A stretch of 64,000 nucleotides of DNA, taken from Thalassobaculaceae bacterium. Its GTDB lineage: Bacteria > Pseudomonadota > Alphaproteobacteria > Thalassobaculales > Thalassobaculaceae. Below the pieces are notes generated by a model, which saw nothing but the letters and a program-made list of their open reading frames with translations, ran no database searches and was not told where the DNA came from. Location of the stretch: assembly GCA_965228875.1 (NCBI GenBank), contig OZ245843.1, positions 310,001-374,000 on the forward strand, read 5' to 3'. Both the position numbers and the translations under genes were made by a program. The first letter of the stretch is position 1. Every line of letters begins with the position of its first letter. Positions 10,371 to 19,912 of this stretch are shown piece by piece.

Positions 10371-11378
10371 CTACGCTACGAACACCTCGGACCTATGGTA
10401 GGCAAGGTAGTCGCACTGCTTGGGCCGAAACCCTTGGTGCATGTATGGCGTTTGTGCGTCATCGAAGCCGAGTTGCTCTGGCGCCACGCCGCCAAGTCCG
10501 AGGCGCTCCAGGTCGCGCCGGTCGAAACGGTGTGAGACCCGGACACCGCCGTTGTCCTCGAATGTTACGAAACCCCGGTCAAATAACAGGTCGGCATCGG
10601 GTGTGAGCATCAGCCCGTTGTCGCCATCGAGCCGTTCGGACGCGCTGGCGCATAACCGCCAGGGCTTTATGTGGCTGGCGATCAACAGTGTCGGGTTGGT
10701 TATGCCCGTCAAACGGCAGGCCTTCTCCTGAGAGTGGACATTGCGGCGGAAACGGCCCTGGCCGCGTCGGGCTTCAATGACCGCGCGCCTTGTGGTGTTG
10801 TCGAGCGTCAAATCAGCGGTCACCTGTCGCTCAATCGCATCGTCCAACTCTTCCGCAACGACGCGATACGACAGTCGGTTCGCGCCTCCGCGTGCCAGGG
10901 TCGCGCTATCGTAGGTGGCTGCGCCTTTAGTCATGGTTCCAACCAGCATCTCGAACACCGCTTGCGGGATTTCGGCCAGATAGGCCCCCTGGTTGCCGTT
11001 GCCGGTGGCCGGGCTTATGGGGGCGTATTTCTCGGGCAGCAGCGGGCCTATGCGCTTGATGAGATCGCGTGGTCGCACGGGTGCCGCGAGTTCCACCCAG
11101 AAGACGGGCAGGAGCCATCCGGTTGAGCTCCAGTTGCCGCCAGTCGCGCCGAACTCCTCAGGCTTGGGGGCGGTGAAACAGAATTCTGCTACCCGACCGA
11201 CATGGCGAATCAGCCCGCTGGCGTAGGACAGCACCAGATCGCCTGGCGTGGCGGTGCGCATGTTCGCGTAGAACCGACTGAAGGAGCCGTTGCGATTGCG
11301 CTTCGGGGACCACAGATAGCCACCGTCGATCTCCTGGCGGAAGGTTTGCTTGTGATTGACCCACCAATACCGCGGCAT
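10371..11378 (-). CDS. HNH endonuclease with N-terminal PUA/EVE-like domain (putative modification-dependent restriction enzyme)
   Basis: N-terminal YWWVNHKQT...GGYLWSP...PGDLVLSY. C-terminal ARRGQGRFR...CRLTG...ASHIKPW...ERLDGDNGLML..D.LFDRG (HNH_2 type). Confidence 0.8.
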   Translation of the reverse strand: MPRYWWVNHKQTFRQEIDGGYLWSPKRNRNGSFSRFYANMRTATPGDLVLSYASGLIRHVGRVAEFCFTAPKPEEFGATGGNWSSTGWLLPVFWVELAAPVRPRDLIKRIGPLLPEKYAPISPATGNGNQGAYLAEIPQAVFEMLVGTMTKGAATYDSATLARGGANRLSYRVVAEELDDAIERQVTADLTLDNTTRRAVIEARRGQGRFRRNVHSQEKACRLTGITNPTLLIASHIKPWRLCASASERLDGDNGLMLTPDADLLFDRGFVTFEDNGGVRVSHRFDRRDLERLGLGGVAPEQLGFDDAQTPYMHQGFRPKQCDYLAYHRSEVFVA

Positions 11379-11614
11379 CTGACGAAGTTAGCGTTTGGCG
11401 GTTCGGAGATCGAGAGGGCATTGGCGGACGGCAGCACCATGACCGAAAGCTACCCTGGCCGGTGGTCGATGGTTCTGCGTCGGGCGATCCAAAGTGGACC
11501 TCTGTCCATCGGAAAGCGCCCGAACCCGTCCCCGGGCGGGACATCGGAAATCCCTACCCGCAGGTGCGTCTGATCCGTTAGGAACCCGGGGCACACGCTT
11601 CTGGCGGAGGACGG

Positions 11615-13309
11615 ATGGCTACCGGCGAACCGAGGGGTCGGGAGAGAGTCGGACGGCGGGCGAAGGAACGGATCATTGCGCCGGTCGCCGGCAAGCTGGC
11701 CCTGGCCGGGTGGCTCTCGGTGCTGTCGGGCGGGCTCTGGCCGATTCAGGCCGCGGTCCTGGCCTGGGTGATCTCGGGCTGGGCGATCATGGGTGGGGCG
11801 TCCGGCGAGGCGCCCCTGGGGCGTGCGGGTGCCGCCGCGGCGGTGTTCCTGGCCTGCGCCGCCCTGAAGGCTCTCCTGGAGCATCGCGCCGGGGCGCTTC
11901 TGTTCGACGCGGCGGACGAGACCATCGCCCGGGAGCGCGCCGTGCTGATCGGTCGCGAAGCCCGCTACGGTACCGACGGCATGGACCGGGGATCCGCCGC
12001 TGTCGCCGCCCTGATGGAGCAGAAGCTGCCGCTCCTGCAGCCGTGGATCACGCGCTACCACGTCGCGCTGACCCGCGCCTCGATACTGCCTCTGTTCCTA
12101 CTGGTCCTGGCCTTCTCGCAGTCGTGGGCCGTCGGCCTGACGTTGCTGGTCGCCGGACCCCTGATTCCCGTGTTCATGGCCCTGGTCGGCATGGCCGCCG
12201 AGGACGCCTCACGACGCCAGTTGGACGAGATCGGCACGATCAACGACATGGCGATGGACCGGCTGTCGGCGCTGCTGGACATCCGGCTGCTCGGCGCCTC
12301 AGATCGCGCGGCTGAGGACTTCAGCCGCAGGGCGGAGACCCTGAGGGAAAAAACCATGGCGGTGCTGCGGATCGCCTTTCTCTCGTCGACCGTCCTGGAA
12401 CTGTTCTCGGCGCTCGGCGTGGCCATGGTCGCGGTGTTCGTCGGCTTCTCGCTCCTGGGCGAGATCGGGTTCGGAACCTGGGCCGGGCCCCTGACCCTGG
12501 GGCAGGGCGTCTTTCTGCTGCTGATCGCGCCGGAGTTCTTTCAGCCGCTGCGCGATCTCGCGGTCGCCTGGCATGACCGCGCCGCCGGCCTTGCGGTGGT
12601 CGCCGAACTCGACGGGCTCGATGCCGCGGATCGGGTGGCGTTCGTCGGGCGGGGCGGTCCGTCGGACGCTCTCGCGGGTCCGATTGGCGTCTCGCTGTCC
12701 GGGGCCGTGGCGTCCCTGCCGGGGCGGCAGGTGGCGTTGCCGGACTTCCGCGTCGGCGACGGCGGGAGTGTCGCGCTGACGGGGCCGAGCGGGGTCGGAA
12801 AGACGACGACGCTTGCCGCGATCGCCGGGCTCGTGCCGCTGAAGGTCGGGCGGATCGATGTCTGCGGCATGCCGCTCGACGACAGGTCGGCCGATGCCTG
12901 GCGGACGCGGGTCGCGCTGATGCCGCAACGGCCGCATTTCCCCGACGAGACCCTGGGCGAATGGCTGGACACCCGGCGCGCCGGCCGCGAAGTGTGGGAC
13001 GCGCTGGCGATGGCCGATGCGGGCGATGTCGTCCGCCGCCTCCCGGAAGGCCTGGCGACGCGCCTGGGAGAGACCGGCGGCGGCGTGTCCGGCGGCGAGG
13101 CGCGCAGGCTGCTGCTCGCCCGCGCCATTCTGACCGGCGCCGACCTCATCCTGGCCGACGAACCTACGGCGGATCTCGACCCGGATACCGCCGACCGTAT
13201 CGTCGCGGCCCTGGGCCGTCTCCGCGACGATGGACGGTCGATCATCGTCGCGACCCACGATCCCCGGCTCGCCGCCGCCATGGACACCCGGGTGGAGATG
13301 CGGCCGTGA
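11615..13309 (+). CDS. cydD: Cytochrome bd assembly ABC exporter CydD
   Basis: AGPLIPVFMALVG, TMAVLRIAFLSSTVLELF, APEFFQPLRDL..AWHDRA, Walker A GPSGVGKT. Upstream of cydAB. Confidence 0.9.
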   Translation: MATGEPRGRERVGRRAKERIIAPVAGKLALAGWLSVLSGGLWPIQAAVLAWVISGWAIMGGASGEAPLGRAGAAAAVFLACAALKALLEHRAGALLFDAADETIARERAVLIGREARYGTDGMDRGSAAVAALMEQKLPLLQPWITRYHVALTRASILPLFLLVLAFSQSWAVGLTLLVAGPLIPVFMALVGMAAEDASRRQLDEIGTINDMAMDRLSALLDIRLLGASDRAAEDFSRRAETLREKTMAVLRIAFLSSTVLELFSALGVAMVAVFVGFSLLGEIGFGTWAGPLTLGQGVFLLLIAPEFFQPLRDLAVAWHDRAAGLAVVAELDGLDAADRVAFVGRGGPSDALAGPIGVSLSGAVASLPGRQVALPDFRVGDGGSVALTGPSGVGKTTTLAAIAGLVPLKVGRIDVCGMPLDDRSADAWRTRVALMPQRPHFPDETLGEWLDTRRAGREVWDALAMADAGDVVRRLPEGLATRLGETGGGVSGGEARRLLLARAILTGADLILADEPTADLDPDTADRIVAALGRLRDDGRSIIVATHDPRLAAAMDTRVEMRP

Positions 13310-14910
13310 GGGCCCTGCTTGGTGTCGCGCGCCTGCTCGCGAACGCCGACCGCGGGGCCATGGCGCGCGGCGCCGCCATGTTCGTCGCGGTCCTGCTCAT
13401 GGGGGCTGCGCTCCTCGGTTTGTCGGGCTGGTTCATCACGGCGACCGGCCTGGCCGGGCTGGCGGGTGTCGGGATCGCCTTCGACGTGTTCAGGCCATCG
13501 GCGGGCGTCCGCTTCCTGGCCCTCGGTCGCGCCGCCGCGCGCTATGGCGAGCGTCTCCTGACCCACGACGCCACGCTGCGCGCGCTCGCGACGCTGCGGG
13601 TGGTTCTGCTGCGCGGCCTCGCCCGGCGGAACGCCAGGGGGTTGGCGGCACTGCGCGGCGAGGGGGCGCTGACGCGCATCATGTCCGATGTGGACGCGCT
13701 CGACGGTGTCGTCCTGCGCCTGATCCTGCCGGTCGCCGCCGCGCTCGTGACCCATGTCCTGGTGTTTGCGGGCCTGTGGTGGCTCGTCGGTATGCCGGTG
13801 GCCCTTGTCACGGTCGCCGCGTACAGCCTGGGCGCCGCACTTATCCTGGCGTGGCATGCCCGGAGCAGCGTCGTGCCGTCGGCACAGGCGGAGGAGGCGG
13901 GCCAGCGCCTCCGCCGGGGCCAGATAGACATGATCCGAGATCGCGCCGCTCTCATCCTGGCGGCCCGCCTGCCCGAGCGGGAGCGGGACCTGCTGCGGCT
14001 CGACGAGCAGGCGCGACGGCTGGCGCGGCGGATGGATCGCGCCGAGCGGGACGCCGGTGCCCTTCTGTCGCTCCTGGTGGCGTCGGTGGCGATGGGCGCC
14101 TTCGTGACCGGCGCCTGGCTGGTCGCCGGTGGCGAGACCGGGCCCGCGATCGCCGTCATCGGGCTGTTCGTCGCCCTGGCGCTCGCGGAGACCGTGTTGC
14201 CATTGCGGCGGGGAACCGCCGAGCTTGGGCGCATGGTGGCGGCCGCCACGCGCGTGGCGCCGCAGATCGACGGGAGGGATCGCCCGGACGTTGGACCCCC
14301 GCCCGTCGGTGGGCGGCTGCTTGTCGTCGATCGGTCGGACGTGACCTTGGCGCTTTCGTCCGGCCAGGCCTTGGCGCTCACAGGGCCGTCGGGCATCGGC
14401 AAGACGACCTTGCTGATGCGGATCGCGGGATTGGACGAGGGCTCCGGCATCCTGATCAAGGGCCAGCGGCCGGAGGCCTGGCCGGAGGATGCGCTACGGG
14501 AGGTCGTCGGCGTCCTGCCGCAACGCAGCGCCCTCATTGCGGGAACGATCCGTGACAATATGTCCCTCGGCGGGACGTTCGCCGACACGGCGATGTGGAC
14601 GGCGCTCGATGCCGTGGCCCTATCGGCGGATATCGTCGCCCGCGGCGGCTTGGACGCGACGCTCGGCGAAGGCGGAGCCGGGCTCTCCGGCGGTCAGGCG
14701 CGCCGGCTGGCCCTGGCGCGCAACATACTGAAAAAACCGGAAATCCTGCTGCTCGATGAGCCCCTGGAGGGGTTGGATCCGACAACGGCAGACGCCGTTC
14801 TGCGCGGACTGCGCGAGGCCCTGCCGGAGGCCGCCATCCTTGCGGTCATGCATCGCGGGGCCGAGCATCCGATCTTCGATCGGCGCATCGAGATGACCGC
14901 TCTTCGGTGA
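13306..14910 (+). CDS. cydC: Cytochrome bd assembly ABC exporter CydC
   Basis: GTGA overlap with the cydD stop. LLGLSGWFITAT, PSAGVRFLALGRAAARYGERLLTHDATLRALA, GPSGIGKT, LSGGQARR. Confidence 0.9.
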   Translation: MRALLGVARLLANADRGAMARGAAMFVAVLLMGAALLGLSGWFITATGLAGLAGVGIAFDVFRPSAGVRFLALGRAAARYGERLLTHDATLRALATLRVVLLRGLARRNARGLAALRGEGALTRIMSDVDALDGVVLRLILPVAAALVTHVLVFAGLWWLVGMPVALVTVAAYSLGAALILAWHARSSVVPSAQAEEAGQRLRRGQIDMIRDRAALILAARLPERERDLLRLDEQARRLARRMDRAERDAGALLSLLVASVAMGAFVTGAWLVAGGETGPAIAVIGLFVALALAETVLPLRRGTAELGRMVAAATRVAPQIDGRDRPDVGPPPVGGRLLVVDRSDVTLALSSGQALALTGPSGIGKTTLLMRIAGLDEGSGILIKGQRPEAWPEDALREVVGVLPQRSALIAGTIRDNMSLGGTFADTAMWTALDAVALSADIVARGGLDATLGEGGAGLSGGQARRLALARNILKKPEILLLDEPLEGLDPTTADAVLRGLREALPEAAILAVMHRGAEHPIFDRRIEMTALR

Positions 14911-15079
14911 TGTTGTCACAGAGCCCGGATCCGCTGGCGGTGTATATTCCGACCTGACGCGCGGAGGTGACCGAAGCGTGGTGCCAGAGAGGGTACCCGC
15001 TCTGCCTTGCGGCCAGCCGCGCAACGCATACACGCCCTCAGGCCGGGAGGCGGCGGGGCGCTGGACCGGAGGATGCCGA

Positions 15080-16738
15080 ATGGAGTTGAACGTCGTCGAG
15101 CTGTCGCGCCTGCAATTCGCGATGACGGCCATGTACCATTTTCTGTTCGTGCCGCTGACCCTCGGTCTGTCGATCCTCGTCGCGATCATGGAGACCGTCT
15201 ACGTCATGACGGGCCGTCCGATCTGGCGGCAGATGACGAAGTTCTGGGGGACGCTGTTCGGGATCAACTTCGTTCTCGGCGTCGCCACGGGCATCACCAT
15301 GGAGTTCCAGTTCGGCATGAACTGGAGCTACTACAGCCACTACGTCGGCGATGTCTTCGGCGCTCCGCTCGCGATCGAGGGGCTGATGGCCTTCTTCCTG
15401 GAGGCGACGTTCGTCGGTCTGTTTTTCTTCGGATGGGACAGGTTGAGCCGGGTGCAGCACCTCGTCGTGGCCTGGCTGGTCGCGCTCGGGTCGAACTTCT
15501 CCGCGCTCTGGATTCTCATTGCCAACGGCTGGATGCAGAACCCGGTCGGCGCCGAGTTCAATCCCGACACGATGCGCATGGAGATGACGTCGTTCTTCGA
15601 GGTTCTCTTCAACGAGGTGGCGCAGGCGAAGTTCGTGCATACGGTCTCCGCGGGCTACGTAACGGCGGCCGTCTTCGTCCTCGGCGTCTCCGCCTGGTAC
15701 TTGCTGAAGAACCGGCACGTGGAACTGGCGCGACGGTCGATCACCGTGGCCGCGTCGTTCGGCCTGGCGTCGGCTCTCTCGGTCGTCGTCCTCGGCGACG
15801 AGTCGGGGTACTCGGCCAGCCACACCCAGCGGATGAAGCTCGCGGCCATCGAGGCCATGTGGGAGACCCATGACGCGCCGGCGCCGTTCACCGCCATCGG
15901 TTTTCCGGACCAGGAGGCGCGTGAGACCCACTACGCCATAGAGATCCCGTGGGTGATGGGCCTCATCGGTACGCGGTCGCTCACGAAGGAGATTGCGGGT
16001 ATCGACCAACTGGTCGCAACCGCGCACGAGCGGATCGAGAGCGGGCTGATCGCCTACGACGCGTTGCAGGAGATCCGCAGGTTGCGCGACGCCGCACCGG
16101 CGGAGGTGCGATCGACCTTCGAAGAGCATTCCGGCGATCTCGGCTTCGCCTACCTTCTCCTGCGCTACGTGGACGATCCGCGCGAGGCGACGGCCGAGCA
16201 GATCGCCCAGGCCGCCGAGGACACGGTACCGACCGTCTGGCCGCTGTTCTGGGCGTTCCGGATCATGGTCGGCCTCGGCTTCGCCTTCATCGGCTTGATG
16301 CTCTACTTTTTCTGGCGCTCATCCTTCAAGGGACAGACCTATCCCCGCTGGGCGCTGTGGGGCGCCGTGGTGGCGATCCCGACGCCGTGGATCGCCGCGG
16401 AAATGGGGTGGTTCGTCGCGGAGTTCGGCCGTCAGCCCTGGACGGTGGATGGCGTACTGCCCACCGCGCTGTCTGTCAGCCATCTCAGCGTTCAGGACCT
16501 GCTGATCACGCTTGCCGGCTTCATGCTGTTCTACTCGGTCCTGTTCGTGGTCGAGATCGGCCTGATGCTGAAATACATCAGGAAGGGTCCGTTCCAGGAC
16601 GTGGCCGAGACCGAGGCCTGGGAGGCCCGTCACGAGCATCGCCTGCGGACCCATGACGGCAAGGGGCCTTTCGCCCCCGCCGGCGCGCAGGCGGCCTCTG
16701 CCGTGGACTCCGGCCTGAACGCCACCCCCGCGGAGTAG
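15080..16738 (+). CDS. cydA: Cytochrome bd ubiquinol oxidase subunit I
   Basis: GGAGG RBS. LSRLQFAMTAMYHFLFVPLT, MEFQFGMNWS, KLAAIE, GWFVAEFGRQPW. Confidence 0.97.
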   Translation: MELNVVELSRLQFAMTAMYHFLFVPLTLGLSILVAIMETVYVMTGRPIWRQMTKFWGTLFGINFVLGVATGITMEFQFGMNWSYYSHYVGDVFGAPLAIEGLMAFFLEATFVGLFFFGWDRLSRVQHLVVAWLVALGSNFSALWILIANGWMQNPVGAEFNPDTMRMEMTSFFEVLFNEVAQAKFVHTVSAGYVTAAVFVLGVSAWYLLKNRHVELARRSITVAASFGLASALSVVVLGDESGYSASHTQRMKLAAIEAMWETHDAPAPFTAIGFPDQEARETHYAIEIPWVMGLIGTRSLTKEIAGIDQLVATAHERIESGLIAYDALQEIRRLRDAAPAEVRSTFEEHSGDLGFAYLLLRYVDDPREATAEQIAQAAEDTVPTVWPLFWAFRIMVGLGFAFIGLMLYFFWRSSFKGQTYPRWALWGAVVAIPTPWIAAEMGWFVAEFGRQPWTVDGVLPTALSVSHLSVQDLLITLAGFMLFYSVLFVVEIGLMLKYIRKGPFQDVAETEAWEARHEHRLRTHDGKGPFAPAGAQAASAVDSGLNATPAE

Positions 16739-16743
16739 AAGCG

Positions 16744-17907
16744 ATGATCCTGTATGAACTCGTAGACTACGAAATCCTGCGGGTGGTCTGGTGGGCGCTG
16801 CTGGGCGTTCTGCTGATCGGCTTCGCGCTCACGGACGGCTTCGACATGGGGGTGGGCGCGCTACTGCCATTCGTCGCCAAGACCGATGTGGAGCGCCGCG
16901 TCGTCATCAATACCGTGGGGCCGGTCTGGGAAGGCAACCAGGTCTGGTTCATTCTCGGCGGCGGGGCGATCTTCGCCGCCTGGCCGCCGCTCTACGCGGT
17001 CAGTTTCTCGGGCTTTTATCTCGCGATGTTCATCATCCTCGCGGCGCTCATCATCCGACCGGTGGCGTTCAAGTACCGGTCCAAGCGCGACGGCGTCGCG
17101 TGGCGCAGTGCCTGGGACTGGGGGCTGTTCGTGGGCGGCGCCGTTCCCGCGCTGCTGTTCGGGGTGGCGGTCGGCAACGTCCTGCTGGGGGTGCCGTTCC
17201 ATCTCAACGAAATGCTGATGCCGCGCTACGACGGCGGTTTCCTGATGAAGTTCATCGGGCTCCTGCGACCCTTCGCGCTGCTTGCCGGAGTCGTATCCTT
17301 TTCGATACTGCTGATGCATGGGGCCGCGTGGCTCGGCTTGAAGTGCGAGGGGGCGGTCGCCGATCGCGCGCGACGCATCGGGACGGTCGCTGGGCTGGTT
17401 GCCATGGGCGGCTACGCGTTTGCCGGCCTGTGGCTGGCGTTCGGTATCGACGGCTTCGCGCTGGTGGGCGAGGTCGTCACCGACGGCCCGTCGAACCCGC
17501 TCTATTCCGATGTCGCACGCGGCGGTTCGTGGCTTGCTGCCTATTCCGAGCGTCCGTGGATCGCCGTGGCGCCGGCTATGGGGTTTTTCGGCATGGCCAT
17601 GGCGCTGCGCGGTCTGATCGCCGGGCGCGAGGTCTCGACCCTGCTGTGGTCGAAACTGGGAATCACGGGCGTTATCTCGTCGGTCGGCCTGACGATGTTC
17701 CCCTTCATCCTGCCGTCGACGGTCGACCCGAAGAGTTCGCTGACGGTGTGGGACGCCTCGTCCTCCCACCAGACGCTGTTCATCATGCTCGTCTGCACGG
17801 TGATCTTCATGCCGCTGATCCTGGCGTACACGGCATGGGTCTACAAAGTGCTCTGGGGCAAGGTCACCGAGGCCGATGTCTCCGGCAATTCCGACTCCCT
17901 CTACTGA
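16744..17907 (+). CDS. cydB: Cytochrome bd ubiquinol oxidase subunit II
   Basis: DGFDMGVG, GPVWEGNQVW, SLTVWDASSS, AYTAWVYKV. Confidence 0.97.
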   Translation: MILYELVDYEILRVVWWALLGVLLIGFALTDGFDMGVGALLPFVAKTDVERRVVINTVGPVWEGNQVWFILGGGAIFAAWPPLYAVSFSGFYLAMFIILAALIIRPVAFKYRSKRDGVAWRSAWDWGLFVGGAVPALLFGVAVGNVLLGVPFHLNEMLMPRYDGGFLMKFIGLLRPFALLAGVVSFSILLMHGAAWLGLKCEGAVADRARRIGTVAGLVAMGGYAFAGLWLAFGIDGFALVGEVVTDGPSNPLYSDVARGGSWLAAYSERPWIAVAPAMGFFGMAMALRGLIAGREVSTLLWSKLGITGVISSVGLTMFPFILPSTVDPKSSLTVWDASSSHQTLFIMLVCTVIFMPLILAYTAWVYKVLWGKVTEADVSGNSDSLY

Positions 17908-17923
17908 GCAAGGAGGCCCCGTT

Positions 17924-18094
17924 ATGTGGTACTTCGCCTGGCTCCTCGGCCTTCCGCTCGCCGCGATCTTCGCCGTCATGAACGCCATGTGGCTGGAGCT
18001 TCAGCGCGACAGGAAACTGGCCGACGAAGACGAGAAGTCCTCTCCGGCCGCCGTCGGAGACTGGAGAAAGTCAGGGTCGGATGGAAGAATCTGA
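17924..18094 (+). CDS. cydX: Cytochrome bd small subunit CydX
   Basis: AAGGAGG RBS. MWYFAWLLGLPLA...NAMWLE, the typical CydX N-terminus, directly after cydB. Confidence 0.88.
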   Translation: MWYFAWLLGLPLAAIFAVMNAMWLELQRDRKLADEDEKSSPAAVGDWRKSGSDGRI

Positions 18095-18117
18095 GCCTGC
18101 GAATTGTCTCTGTCTTT

Positions 18118-18167
18118 AATGGCTTAGATGGCGCCCGGCCCGAATGGCTTAGATGGCGCCCGGCCCG
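18118..18167 (+). repeat. Perfect 25-nt tandem duplication AATGGCTTAGATGGCGCCCGGCCCG x2
   Basis: Copies at 18118-18142 and 18143-18167, in the cydX-bfr intergenic region. Confidence 0.95.
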
Positions 18168-18225
18168 CCGTCAGGTCGTGCCCGGCCGGAAAGCGCTGAA
18201 CGGAACAGAGAAGGAGACCTGCCGC

Positions 18226-18711
18226 ATGTCAAACCAGAAGATCATCGAATACCTGAACCGCGCGGTGCAGATGGAGATGACCGCCGCCCATCAGTACCAG
18301 TTGCACGCGCACACCCTCGAGGACTGGGGGCTCACGAAGTTGGCGGCCAAGATGCGCGAGGAAATGGCGGAGGAGCTCGGCCATTCCGACCGGTTCATCG
18401 AGCGGCTGATGTTCCTGAAGGCGTCGCCGGAGCTCGCGTTCGCCAAGACGCCCGCGAAGGCGGGGAGCCTGCCCGAGATGTTCAAGGCCGACCTCGCCGA
18501 CGAGGAGGAGGCCATCCAGGTCTATGCCAAGGCGGCCCAACACGCGGCTGAGGTCGGTGACATCGGCTCCCGCGTGCTGTTCGAGGAGGTCGCCCTCGAC
18601 GAGGAGGGGCACAAAGCGTGGCTGGAACTGCAGCTCGATCTCATCGATCGCATCGGAGAGAAGACATATGCGTCCAAGCTGATCTCCTTCGCCGGGCCGG
18701 AGGAAGGCTGA
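18226..18711 (+). CDS. bfr: Bacterioferritin
   Basis: AAGGAG RBS, 161 aa. EMTAAHQY.LH, EELGH, DEEEAI, DEEGH ferroxidase-type motifs. Confidence 0.88.
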   Translation: MSNQKIIEYLNRAVQMEMTAAHQYQLHAHTLEDWGLTKLAAKMREEMAEELGHSDRFIERLMFLKASPELAFAKTPAKAGSLPEMFKADLADEEEAIQVYAKAAQHAAEVGDIGSRVLFEEVALDEEGHKAWLELQLDLIDRIGEKTYASKLISFAGPEEG

Positions 18712-18859
18712 CGGCAGACAGCAGACGCGTCACGGCCACCGGGAAATCGGTCGCCGTGACGTGCTTCCTGCCGCACGGTGCCTGATCCGGTTCGACGGGA
18801 GCGGCCAGCCGCCCCCACGCTGCCGTCGGTCTCGAGCGAGGATGCAAAGGAGACGAACC

Positions 18860-19792
18860 ATGCAGTTTTTCCCGGCGTCGTCCAACTCCGGCAGCCCGAA
18901 CGTCGCGGCGTTCTATGAGAAGGCAAGCGGATCCTGGCAGTACGTGGCGTGGTGTCCGATATCCAGAAAGGCGATCATCGTCGACCCGGTGTTGGACTTC
19001 GACCCAGCGGCCGGTGCGACCTGGACCTACAGCGCCGACGAGATTCTGGCCTATGCGAATGCGGAGGGCCTCGATGTCGAATGGGTCCTCGACACGCATC
19101 CCCACGCCGACCACTTTTCGTCCGCATTCTATATCAAGGAACAGCTCGGCGGCCGGCCGGGGCAGGGGATCGGCAAGCTGGTCCTGCGTGTGCAGGAGAT
19201 CTGGTCCGACATCTACGCCGACGACAGTCTGAAGGGACAACCGCAGTATTGGGACCAGTTGTTCGAGGCGGGCGACACGCTCACCGTCGGCGACTGCACG
19301 ATCGACGTCACCCTGTCGCCGGGGCACACGCTCGCGTCCATCACGTACAGGATGGGCGATGCGGTGTTTGCCCACGACACGCTCATGATGCCCGACAGCG
19401 GCACCTCGCGGTGCGACTTCCCGGGCGGGTCCTCGGCGGAGCTGTGGGAATCGCTTCAGGCGATCCTCGGCCACCCGGCCGACACACGCATCTTCGTCGG
19501 TCATGACTACTGCAAGGACGGACGCGAGGAGGCCTGCATGGCGACGGTGGCCGAGCACAAGGCCGCCAACATCCACGTCAGGGACGGCATCGGGCGCGCG
19601 GAGTTCATCGCCACCCGCGACGCGCGCGATGCGACCTTGGGCCTGCCGGACCGGATGCTCTACGCGCTGCAGGTCAATATCCGCGGCGGCCGGATGCCGG
19701 ACGCCGACGACAAGGGCCGCGCCGTGCTGCGTGTCCCGCTCGACCGTTTCGCGTCGCGGCAGGCGCGCGTCTTCGGTAAGGACAGCGCCTAG
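18860..19792 (+). CDS. MBL-fold hydrolase, persulfide dioxygenase (ETHE1/Blh)-like
   Basis: IVDPVLDFD, LDTHPHADHFS (HxHxDH), SPGHT, GTSRCDFPGGS, GHDY, ALQVNIRGG. Confidence 0.85.
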   Translation: MQFFPASSNSGSPNVAAFYEKASGSWQYVAWCPISRKAIIVDPVLDFDPAAGATWTYSADEILAYANAEGLDVEWVLDTHPHADHFSSAFYIKEQLGGRPGQGIGKLVLRVQEIWSDIYADDSLKGQPQYWDQLFEAGDTLTVGDCTIDVTLSPGHTLASITYRMGDAVFAHDTLMMPDSGTSRCDFPGGSSAELWESLQAILGHPADTRIFVGHDYCKDGREEACMATVAEHKAANIHVRDGIGRAEFIATRDARDATLGLPDRMLYALQVNIRGGRMPDADDKGRAVLRVPLDRFASRQARVFGKDSA

Positions 19793-19912
19793 GTTCATGT
19801 TGCAAGTGCGCCCCTTCTAAATCAAAATTGGGGCTTGAACGCGCCGTCAGAATCCTGCCTCTGCGCGTTCCACCGTTCGATTCTTGAAAAAATCCAGCCC
19901 TGCGAGACAGAG

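Noticed and set aside
15007..15024. RegA/RegR-like box upstream of cydA (GCGGC..GCCGC)
   Set aside because: The spacing does not fit GCGGC-N5-GTCGC, and such words are common at this GC content. No FNR box (TTGAT-N4-ATCAA) was seen either.
18118..18167. CRISPR-like repeat
   Set aside because: Only two abutting copies, with no spacer and no cas genes.
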